Assembly (NCBI GenBank): GCA_963674705.1
Contig: OY771506.1
Location: 3,584,001-3,648,000 of the forward strand
From: Phycisphaeraceae bacterium
Lineage (GTDB): Bacteria; Planctomycetota; Phycisphaerae; Phycisphaerales; Phycisphaeraceae
DNA length: 64,000 nucleotides
Reading direction: 5' to 3'
Of this stretch, positions 30,649-38,885 are shown one piece after another. Each line of letters starts with the position of its first letter. The first letter of the stretch is position 1. Under the pieces are notes generated by a model. The model was given only the letters and a program-made list of their open reading frames with translations, was not told the origin of the DNA and searched no databases. Made by a program: the position numbers and the translations under genes.

Positions 30649-31470
30649 ATGGGCGACACTACCGATATATCTTGGGCTAAGCACACGTTTAACATGATCA
30701 TCGGCTGCAATAAGATCGGACCCGGCTGTGATAACTGCTATGCCGCCGATATGGCTCATCGTCGTTCTAATTGGGATGTTTCGGTAATACGCAATGGTAA
30801 AGAGATAAAGCTCCCGGTATGGGGCACCGGTCCAAACACCGCTCGCAGGGTCCGCCCCGAATCGGCCTGGGCCGAGCCGCTCCGTTGGAACTATTACGCG
30901 AGTACGTGGCGCGAACGGCGTCGAACCTTTTGTATGAGCCTCGGTGACGTATTCGAGAATCACAAGACGGTCGAGGCCCAACTTCCGCGACTGTGGGAGA
31001 CTATCAAGGCGACCCCGTGGCTCGACTGGCTGCTCTTAACCAAGCGGTCTAAAGCGATCGCTGGCAAGCTCCCTGCCGATTGGGGCAAGGGTTACTTTAA
31101 TGTGTGGCTCGGTGTTAGCGTTGAAGACAACGACCCCAAGAGATTAAAACGAGTCGACGACCTGCGGAAGGTGCCGGCAACTATTCGCTTTATGAGCTAC
31201 GAGCCCGCCCTTGCGCCCATAGCGCATAAAGTCAACCTCAAGGATATCGACTGGCTGATCTACGGCGGCGAGTCAGGCCCTAAGCACCGGCCAGATGATC
31301 CGCAATGGGCCGAGGATGTCCGGCAGCTTTGCAAGAAGACCGGCACCACGTTCTATTACAAGCAAGGCGCCGCTTTCAAGCAGGGGGCCGACGTCTATCT
31401 CAACGGCAAGACCTACCACAACTTCCCAACGCACGCACAAAGGCGCGTGCCGATTCCGAAGGGGATTTAA
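30649..31470 (+). CDS. DUF5131 / phage Gp37-Gp68 family protein
   Basis: T.ISW..TFN..GC.KIGPGCDNCYA, LLTKR, NVWLGVSVE, S.EP.L, GGESG, KQ motifs. Confidence 0.92.
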   Translation: MGDTTDISWAKHTFNMIIGCNKIGPGCDNCYAADMAHRRSNWDVSVIRNGKEIKLPVWGTGPNTARRVRPESAWAEPLRWNYYASTWRERRRTFCMSLGDVFENHKTVEAQLPRLWETIKATPWLDWLLLTKRSKAIAGKLPADWGKGYFNVWLGVSVEDNDPKRLKRVDDLRKVPATIRFMSYEPALAPIAHKVNLKDIDWLIYGGESGPKHRPDDPQWAEDVRQLCKKTGTTFYYKQGAAFKQGADVYLNGKTYHNFPTHAQRRVPIPKGI

Positions 31471-31473
31471 GTA

Positions 31474-32586
31474 ATGGCAAAAAGAACACCCAAGCTAGCC
31501 TATGCCGGGCCAGACAACGCGGTTAAGATCACAACTTATACGAAGCTGCAACAGGTCGCCCAAGACTTTGCTCTCGGGAAACTCGGTAACGTGCTCATCG
31601 TCGGCCCGCCCGGCATGGGTAAGACCTATACTTTCAGGCTCGCGGTGCAGCAGTCGTCTAATCACAGGTACGCTTATCTGAATAACCACGCGGCACCATT
31701 CGGGCTGTACACGAAAGTATGGCAATACACCGATATGCCGCTCATCATCGACGACATCCGGGCGATCAATTCTAACCCCGCGTCGGTGGGCGTCTTAATG
31801 GCCGTGTGTGACAGCAACAAACCTAAGCTAGTGACGTGGACTACAAACAACCTGACGCCCGACACGGAGCCGCCTAGCTCGTTTGAGACTAATTCAGATG
31901 TCGCGTTAATCACGAATGCGTGGGATACACTAAATGAGCGCGTCAAAGCACTTGAGGATCGGTGCATGTGTTATCACTTTGTGCCGAGCTCGCACGAACT
32001 GCACAGGTATGTTGGCTCGTGGTTCAAGGATCAGAGCATATACGACTGGATGGCGACCCGTATCTATCAGGTTAAGAATCCGAGTATCCGGTCATACGAA
32101 AAAGCTATGCAGCTCCGCGACAGCGGGGCGGCTGACTGGCAAGACGACGCGGCGGCAATGATCGGGGTCGACCCCGAATTGGCACTAGTCATCAAATTGG
32201 AGCTCGACAAGTCATTAAAGCCCGGCCAGCGCGTTGCTCGGTTCAAACAGCAGACCAAACTTAGCCCAAAGACCTATTACCGTCGACGGATTGAGGCCCA
32301 GCGAAATACGCCCGGAGGCCATACCAAGCTCGTACCGCCTAAGTTCAAGCTGCCCAAGCCTAAGAACCTGCCTAAGCTGGTTAATGCTCAGCCGCTTTAT
32401 GAGGCCGTGCCCTCGCTGGCAGAACGGGCCGACGGGATATACGACATACTCGGTCAAGTTACTAAAAACGAGGGCGAGCGGGCCAAACTGGTTAAGATGC
32501 TCGGAACCCGGTCCAAGAAAGCCAAGGCCAAGAAAGCCGCGAAAGCCAATAAGACTAAGGGCAAGGCAGGCAAGAAGAAAAACTAG
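31474..32586 (+). CDS. AAA-type P-loop ATPase with HTH-like C-terminal segment and Lys-rich tail
   Basis: Walker A GPPGMGKT, Walker B LIIDD, sensor ITN, ALEDR; LSPKTYYRR. Confidence 0.85.
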   Translation: MAKRTPKLAYAGPDNAVKITTYTKLQQVAQDFALGKLGNVLIVGPPGMGKTYTFRLAVQQSSNHRYAYLNNHAAPFGLYTKVWQYTDMPLIIDDIRAINSNPASVGVLMAVCDSNKPKLVTWTTNNLTPDTEPPSSFETNSDVALITNAWDTLNERVKALEDRCMCYHFVPSSHELHRYVGSWFKDQSIYDWMATRIYQVKNPSIRSYEKAMQLRDSGAADWQDDAAAMIGVDPELALVIKLELDKSLKPGQRVARFKQQTKLSPKTYYRRRIEAQRNTPGGHTKLVPPKFKLPKPKNLPKLVNAQPLYEAVPSLAERADGIYDILGQVTKNEGERAKLVKMLGTRSKKAKAKKAAKANKTKGKAGKKKN

Positions 32587-32618
32587 GCGGTAGGCGTATT
32601 CAGGAATAGGCGACAATA

Positions 32619-32745
32619 TGACAAAAACCTAACAGAGTTGTCGGGGCATTGGAGCGGAATTGCATTTAAATACAGTTTATAAACTGTCAAATCTGACAGG
32701 AATATGACTGTTAAAGCTCGAAAACACGTATGATTCCTGTCAAAT
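32619..32745. repeat. Cluster of TGACA/TGTCA inverted repeats next to an AT-rich tract
   Basis: ACAGTTTATAAACTGT palindrome 32672-32687; CTGTCA-aatc-TGACAG 32684-32699; TGACAGGAAT/ATTCCTGTCA 32694-32742. Confidence 0.65.
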
Positions 32746-32803
32746 AGTAAAATCTATAATATACTGAAAATAAATAAATTATAGAAATTATAAAACTATA
32801 TAC

Positions 32804-32821
32804 TCAAGCCTCTCCCGGGCA
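32804..32821 (+). other. tRNA-Leu-like 3' end fragment (putative att, right boundary of the island)
   Basis: TCAAG-CCTCT-CCCGGGC-A fits a T-loop (1 nt short), T-stem, acceptor strand and discriminator A; sits at the accessory-to-core transition. Confidence 0.5.
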
Positions 32822-32864
32822 TTGGCACTTTCTTTAGCAGTATTCCGGACTTACCCGCTGATTC

Positions 32865-33734
32865 TTAGCGCTTGATCGAGACCGCTCCGCAGGTGCCGGG
32901 TGTCTGTGGCTGCTCGCTCCAGATTGTGACGGATGCATCGGCTACTTCGACCTCCAGCAGATAGGCCGGGCCGATGAATTCGCAGCGTTGGATGGTGGCG
33001 TCGGAATCTCCGCACGGGGTGAAACTCAACTGCTCGGGCCGCACGATTTTGCCTTGGAATGTACTTGCCAAACCGGTCGCTTCAGCCACCGCGGCGTTGG
33101 CCGGCTGCCGGTAGACCTCAGCGGCCGGGCCATGCTGTGCGATCTGTCCATCTACCAGCACGGCGGTCTGATCTGCCAGCCGCAGCGCTTCACCGGCGTG
33201 ATGAGTCGCAATTAATACCCCGGCGTTCGTGTCTTTCAGGGCATCTCGGAGCAAGCCGAACAGGTCCTGGCGAGTGGGGCCGTCCAGATGGGCCATCGGT
33301 TCATCTAATAGCAGCCAGGTTGGCTCGATGACCAGCGCCCGGGCGATTGATAGCCGCTGCCGTTCGCCGCCGGACATTTTCTCCGGCCGACGTTTCCGTA
33401 AGTTGGCCAGGTTCATCTGCTCCAGCACACGCTCACGTTGTGGGCGATCCGCGCCGACGAGTTTGAGATGCTGCTCAACTGTCAGGTGTTCCCACAGCCC
33501 CGGCTGTTGGAAGACCATGCCGAGTTTTCCACCATCGTGTTTTATTTGACCGCTGCTGGGTTCCCACAAGCCTGCCAACAGCCAAAGCAGTGTGGTCTTG
33601 CCGCAGCCGCTTGGGCCCAGCAGTGCGCAGACCTGTCCGGTTTGCACTGACAGATTGACATCTTTCAGTACCGAACCGTAGCACAGGGATTCACAGGCCA
33701 GTTCACTCACGTTCGCCTCCGGGATATCAGCCAA
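32865..33734 (-). CDS. ABC transporter ATP-binding protein (Fe3+/PotA-like)
   Basis: GPSGCGKTT, MSGGERQR, LLLDEP. Confidence 0.93.
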   Translation of the reverse strand: MADIPEANVSELACESLCYGSVLKDVNLSVQTGQVCALLGPSGCGKTTLLWLLAGLWEPSSGQIKHDGGKLGMVFQQPGLWEHLTVEQHLKLVGADRPQRERVLEQMNLANLRKRRPEKMSGGERQRLSIARALVIEPTWLLLDEPMAHLDGPTRQDLFGLLRDALKDTNAGVLIATHHAGEALRLADQTAVLVDGQIAQHGPAAEVYRQPANAAVAEATGLASTFQGKIVRPEQLSFTPCGDSDATIQRCEFIGPAYLLEVEVADASVTIWSEQPQTPGTCGAVSIKR

Positions 33735-35152
33735 GCGGTCATGATAATGAAAGGCAGCAGCAGCGTAAGCATCGCAAGTGCCGCGGCGCTGACCTGCTGA
33801 TCGGGTGCGGTATGGATCAACGTATACAAACGGACGCCGACTGTACTGGAACCGGCGGGCGCGAGCATCAGCGACGACTCAAGCTCGGTTGCGATCAGCA
33901 AACCAGAAAGCAGTAAGGCGGTAATCAGGGTGCCACGCCACCGGGGCCAATGGATTCGTAAGAGTCGTGATCCGATCGGCACATCATAGACCTGAGCAGC
34001 AATCACGGGCAGAGTCGGCCGCTGTAAACCCGCGATGTACAACATCAACACTACCAGAGGCACAAACCGCACCGCATATGCCGCGTACAATAAAACATCC
34101 GTATCCCGCACCAGCACGATCGGCCAACGCGTAGACAGATCAATCAATCCAAGTGCAAGCATGGATGGCGGCGCTGCCAGGTTGATGAGTATCCACGGTA
34201 TGACTGAACGTTTGCCTGCCTGTTTACGTTCCAGCCAGAGTAACGCCATGGGCCAGGCGATCAACGTACTGATCAACGATCCAATAGCGACCAGCCATAT
34301 CGTGTGCACCAATTCGGTTCGCATCATGCCGAAGCTTTCGACGTAGGCCGACCACGAGCCCGTCCGCCAGATGACAGCACCGAGCGGCACACCAAGCGCT
34401 ACCAGAAGCACAGCCATGCCAGGCAGTCGTGCTGCGCGTGGTGGGGTATTTTCATCTTGCTGGTGACGCGGGCGAATCAGGCCGGCAAGCAACAGCATGC
34501 CGATCACCGCCGGCGCCAGCATGGGTACTGCAAGAGCGGCCGCGCCGTTTAGATTCTGTAACGCGTTGTATTCGATCAAGACCTGTGTGCCGTAGGTATG
34601 GATCAGAAACAGGGACGGCATGATGTGGTCGGCACTACAGAGGATAAACAATACAACGAAACACGCGGACGCCGGTGTGGTCAGCGACATCACGCCCAGC
34701 CACCACCACGCATTGCGCAATTTGAAAACACGTGCGGCAGGCCCCCAGCCGACGCGGTGTGTTGCGAAGATCAACGCGGCCAGGCCCGTATACCGCAATC
34801 CGACCGCCCCGGCAGCGATCGGCCAATCAAAGACAGTAAGCCAGTCACCTAATGGCCCGGTACGACCAAGCGCGACGATCCATGCCGAACCCATCAGTGA
34901 ACTTGGCAACATCATCGGCACACATGCCACGATCGACCAGCCGACACCTATACGCCCGATGAGTAAACCAGCCAGCACGCCGATGATCGATGCAAGGCCG
35001 GCGAACCAGACCGTATCGAGCAACAGTGACCAGATGCGCGTGTCAAAGCCTTCAGATATGACATTCACCGCCGCCACCAATGCCGTGATCAACGGCAGCA
35101 GCAGGGCGATCGTCAATACCCAACCCGCGATCTGCTTCCATTCACTGGTCAA
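33707..35152 (-). CDS. ABC transporter permease (FbpB-like, duplicated domain)
   Basis: Highly hydrophobic with two permease-like halves; lies between the SBP and ATPase genes. Confidence 0.8.
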   Translation of the reverse strand: MTSEWKQIAGWVLTIALLLPLITALVAAVNVISEGFDTRIWSLLLDTVWFAGLASIIGVLAGLLIGRIGVGWSIVACVPMMLPSSLMGSAWIVALGRTGPLGDWLTVFDWPIAAGAVGLRYTGLAALIFATHRVGWGPAARVFKLRNAWWWLGVMSLTTPASACFVVLFILCSADHIMPSLFLIHTYGTQVLIEYNALQNLNGAAALAVPMLAPAVIGMLLLAGLIRPRHQQDENTPPRAARLPGMAVLLVALGVPLGAVIWRTGSWSAYVESFGMMRTELVHTIWLVAIGSLISTLIAWPMALLWLERKQAGKRSVIPWILINLAAPPSMLALGLIDLSTRWPIVLVRDTDVLLYAAYAVRFVPLVVLMLYIAGLQRPTLPVIAAQVYDVPIGSRLLRIHWPRWRGTLITALLLSGLLIATELESSLMLAPAGSSTVGVRLYTLIHTAPDQQVSAAALAMLTLLLPFIIMTAWLISRRRT

Positions 35153-36188
35153 AGCCTACCCGCTTCAACAGGTCTACCGTTGCCTGACGATCACCCGCGG
35201 CGACTTCCGGATCGAACGGCATCGCATCACGGCTGACCATCTCGTCCCAAGGCGTTTCATAAGTCGCCAGATCCTTACCAAGAGGGATCTGGGCGCTGCG
35301 TACCTCGGCTAACAGTTTTTCAACCTCGGCAGACAGCAGGAAGTCAATCAGTTTTTTGGCCTGCTCAGGATGCTTGCAGCCGGCGATCATCGCGACCGTA
35401 TTCGGTATCAGCACGACACCTTGATCCAAATCGGGCACGACCACGGCGACAGGCTTGCCATCCAGAATAGCGCCGTAGGCATCATCAGTATCAGTCAGGC
35501 CAAAGGCTCGCTCACCGTCAGCGACAAGGTCGCGCACCGGGCCGTTGCCTGCAGTAATGGCGGTGCCATTGGCCTTGATCGCATTGAGCCATTGCTCCAG
35601 CTTCTGGTCGCCCCAACTCTGGCGGAGGATGCTCATATGTGTGAACGTGGTGCCGAAGAAAGGCATCCCGATCGCTGCCTTGTCCCGCCACTTCGGATCG
35701 GCCATGTCCTGCATCGAAGAGGGTAGATCATCCGGCTTGACCAGGTTCGTGTTGTAGATATACACACGCGCCCTTGCAGCAAAACCTGTCCACAGGTATT
35801 CAGGATGTTTGAATTGATCGTCAAACCGTGCCGCTGCCGGGCTTTCGTAAGGTTGCAGTAAGTCGGTTTGTGCCAGGTGCTGTGTTTGCACCAGTTCGTT
35901 GTTCCAGAGTACATCACATTCCGGATCGTCTTTTCGAGCAATGATCTGGTTGATCAGCCCGGTCGTCTTGGCGGCCTCCGCATCGTACTTGGCTTTGACC
36001 TTGATCCCGGTTTGTTCTTCGAACAGCTTGAGTATCGGCTCGGAATATACCCTGTCCAGGGCGGTGAAAACCACCACTTCCTCGGCCGGTGCCTCGCTTT
36101 TACTGCACCCGGAAACACATGCCATGACCGTGCAGCAGAGCACAGCCAATACGCTAATAACGATTCGATTTTGCATAACGCTCCACAA
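35142..36188 (-). CDS. Extracellular solute-binding protein (Fe3+-type)
   Basis: Lipoprotein-like N-terminus; FEEQTGIKV, ARARV.IYN, LTDTDD, IPNTVA. Confidence 0.88.
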   Translation of the reverse strand: MWSVMQNRIVISVLAVLCCTVMACVSGCSKSEAPAEEVVVFTALDRVYSEPILKLFEEQTGIKVKAKYDAEAAKTTGLINQIIARKDDPECDVLWNNELVQTQHLAQTDLLQPYESPAAARFDDQFKHPEYLWTGFAARARVYIYNTNLVKPDDLPSSMQDMADPKWRDKAAIGMPFFGTTFTHMSILRQSWGDQKLEQWLNAIKANGTAITAGNGPVRDLVADGERAFGLTDTDDAYGAILDGKPVAVVVPDLDQGVVLIPNTVAMIAGCKHPEQAKKLIDFLLSAEVEKLLAEVRSAQIPLGKDLATYETPWDEMVSRDAMPFDPEVAAGDRQATVDLLKRVGFDQ

Positions 36189-37269
36189 TGGTCCTTACAT
36201 CCCGCTCGAAGCGGGTCCCGAAAATAGAAACAACCAGGTCTTCCCAGAACGCGTCCTGGTTGGCTAACAGTGTTGCGGTGCCTTGGCCTTCTTTAGCTAT
36301 AGCGGTGAAGTCGCCCAATACACTATTTCGATCCGTAGCCACGTCGATCACGTTGATTGTGCCGTTATATTTTGAGACAAACAGCCTGGCGGCTTTACCG
36401 ACATCTGAACGACCGCCCGGATGTACGGGTGCATCGCCGATCAACACGATGATATTTTTTGCCCTGTTCCGCCAGCCCATCCGCTTATCGATCGCGACAG
36501 CCAGGGCTTCATGGATCGGTTCGGGTTCATCACCACCACCGCTGGTATGCAATTCATCAATAAAAGTACGAACTTCAACAAAGTCGTTTGTTAGAGTCAG
36601 TACTTTGACGGCATCCAGCCCGTAGTCGTCGCCGTAGTCTTTGAATGCGACGACACCGAAACGGATATTACGCGGTGGTTGTCCATCCTTGGTAAGCACG
36701 CCTGTGATGACACCGATCACATCATGCATGCGTTCCTTGGCCTGCTGCATGATCCCGGCCATACTTTCCGTGGCATCGATCACGAACACGACATCCAGGC
36801 CCCGGCCTTGAATCCCGCCGATCATTTCCTGGAAGCCTGGGCTTGTGCCGTCGATCAGTGGATTGTCGCCTTGTCCGGAGTGCTGGGCAGACATCTCGGT
36901 TCTGAGTTCGGAAAGTAGTGCAAGCGCCGGGTCCGTCGCGGATGGATCGGAAAGCTCAGCAAACGATTCGGGCGTAGGTTGTGCCCCAACGGTGGATGCA
37001 AGGTCCGGCGCGGGTAGTGGGGCGGTTGTTGGGCTGGACGTGGTTTGGCTGGTATTTTGTGCGTTCGGCGCGGAACCGCCGGCGGATTCGGATGCCGGAT
37101 CATCGAGCCGACCTACCGGCTCCAGTTGCACCACCGCTTCGATTACGGGCTCCTGCACCGCAGCCAGAACAAAAAATCCGAGCAGCAACATGATCAGCCC
37201 GTGGACCACGAACGATACGATCCATGAGCCGACCTGCTGACCATGATGTGATTTGGCTGTATCACTCAT
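36154..37269 (-). CDS. Membrane-anchored vWA domain protein
   Basis: N-terminal S.VVH TM anchor; MIDAS-like DATESM; GGGDEPE; LIGDAP. Confidence 0.85.
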   Translation of the reverse strand: MSDTAKSHHGQQVGSWIVSFVVHGLIMLLLGFFVLAAVQEPVIEAVVQLEPVGRLDDPASESAGGSAPNAQNTSQTTSSPTTAPLPAPDLASTVGAQPTPESFAELSDPSATDPALALLSELRTEMSAQHSGQGDNPLIDGTSPGFQEMIGGIQGRGLDVVFVIDATESMAGIMQQAKERMHDVIGVITGVLTKDGQPPRNIRFGVVAFKDYGDDYGLDAVKVLTLTNDFVEVRTFIDELHTSGGGDEPEPIHEALAVAIDKRMGWRNRAKNIIVLIGDAPVHPGGRSDVGKAARLFVSKYNGTINVIDVATDRNSVLGDFTAIAKEGQGTATLLANQDAFWEDLVVSIFGTRFERDVRTIVERYAKSNRY

Positions 37270-37711
37270 GGCTGGGCCTCTCGGTTCGTGAATTCAATGA
37301 TAACTGCTTCATCGGGCTCGCCAGGACAGCGTCCATCCCCGACGCTACCTGCTGTACCGTCAACGTATCGTCTGCATCAATCACGACAGGCACTTTGGGC
37401 AAGTTGATCTGCTTCAGTAGCGCGGTCAACTGTTCGTAGCTGTTATTTTGTATCGCAGTATCGCCGACACGTAAGACAACCGAGCCGTCATTGCCCGGTG
37501 ACATGCGGACCAGTATCGACGCCGGCATGTCTTCGGCCGCAGCGCCTGTCGATTCAGATACATCACGATAGCCCAGGGGCAGGTCTCGCTCGCCGCCATG
37601 AAACCGCACGCTCAGCACAAAGAACGCCAGCAGGATGAACACGACATCCACCATCGCGGAGATCTGGAACAGCTCATCGGATTCTTCTTCGGCGTGGCGG
37701 TCGAACTTCAT
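37262..37711 (-). CDS. exbD: ExbD/TolR family protein
   Basis: SAMVDVVFILLAFF; IDAD. Confidence 0.88.
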   Translation of the reverse strand: MKFDRHAEEESDELFQISAMVDVVFILLAFFVLSVRFHGGERDLPLGYRDVSESTGAAAEDMPASILVRMSPGNDGSVVLRVGDTAIQNNSYEQLTALLKQINLPKVPVVIDADDTLTVQQVASGMDAVLASPMKQLSLNSRTERPSHE

Positions 37712-38154
37712 CGTCTTCGGCCCTCCGTCGCGCGGATCGTTACGATACCCAGGCCGGCCTCCCGGCAAGCATTCAACGCCTGATCCATCACGCCAAACTG
37801 CTGCCGTCCGTCTGCGCGGACAACCGCGTTGATCGCCTGGCCTGCTTCAGCGGCACGCAGTCGTTCAGTTGTAAGTACGTTCGGCAGGTCGTCAATATTT
37901 ACTGCGCGACCGTTCAACGTCACATCGCCATCAACATTGATATTGATCACCAATTCCGCCGGTTGTAGTTCCGATGTCTGGTTGTTCACCATCTCTGGCA
38001 GCAGGATCTTGTCGTCTGTTCTCGCCTGCATCGACTGCATTACCAGCAGGTAGAAGCAGATCAACAGCAGTACGATATCCACAAGCGGCGCCATGCCGAT
38101 CTGTGGCCGACCTTCATCGGCATCACTGGTTGTAAAGCTCAACGCTTTACTCAC
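37708..38154 (-). CDS. exbD: ExbD/TolR family protein
   Basis: APLVDIVLLLICFY; VRAD. Confidence 0.88.
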   Translation of the reverse strand: MSKALSFTTSDADEGRPQIGMAPLVDIVLLLICFYLLVMQSMQARTDDKILLPEMVNNQTSELQPAELVININVDGDVTLNGRAVNIDDLPNVLTTERLRAAEAGQAINAVVRADGRQQFGVMDQALNACREAGLGIVTIRATEGRRR

Positions 38155-38885
38155 TTCTGCTGCTCCATCTTCCGTGTTTCCAGCACCACGCTCATGAGCC
38201 TGAGCATCTTCTCGCCTGCCGCGGCAGCTTCATTGCCCAGGCGTGTGATCCGGTTGCGGAAAAAGGCGTAGAAGAACATCAAAGGCACCGCAACGACGAG
38301 TCCCATACATGTCGTCACCAGCGCCTGGCTGATTCCCAATGCTAATTCGTCCGGCCGGGCTGCACCTTGTGCTTCTCCCAGCAGCCTGAACGACGCGATC
38401 ATGCCCGTCACCGTTCCGAGCAATCCCAACATCGGTGCGACCGATGCGATCAATCCGATATACCCGATCCGCTCACGCAGCCGCGTTACTTCCATTACGC
38501 CTTGCTGTTCCAGGCCTTCTCGCACCGCGTCGAGACCGAGTCGACCGTCGGATAAACCCGCAGAGATAATGCGTCCCAGCATGCTGTCGTGTGTTTTGCA
38601 GATGGTTAAGACCTCTTCGAAACGACCCTTGCCGGTTAATTCGTGTACCTGGCTGACCAGATTGGCAGGGATAAGTTGCTGCTCCTTGAGGCGGAGGAAC
38701 GCATCTACGACCAATGCCAGGCCGCATAAGCTAAGCAGAATGATCGCGTAACCGACCGGCCCGCCAGCGCGCACCAGGTCAAGCAGCGACCTTTGTGCCG
38801 GCTCGGAGTCGGCGCCCTGGGCATAGAGCCCGGATGCACAAATCAATACGACCAAAGTCGCCACGATAAGGCCGGCTCGTTTCAT
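38151..38885 (-). CDS. exbB: MotA/TolQ/ExbB proton channel protein
   Basis: APMLGLLGTVTGMI; GISQALVTT..GL.VAVP. Confidence 0.92.
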   Translation of the reverse strand: MKRAGLIVATLVVLICASGLYAQGADSEPAQRSLLDLVRAGGPVGYAIILLSLCGLALVVDAFLRLKEQQLIPANLVSQVHELTGKGRFEEVLTICKTHDSMLGRIISAGLSDGRLGLDAVREGLEQQGVMEVTRLRERIGYIGLIASVAPMLGLLGTVTGMIASFRLLGEAQGAARPDELALGISQALVTTCMGLVVAVPLMFFYAFFRNRITRLGNEAAAAGEKMLRLMSVVLETRKMEQQK

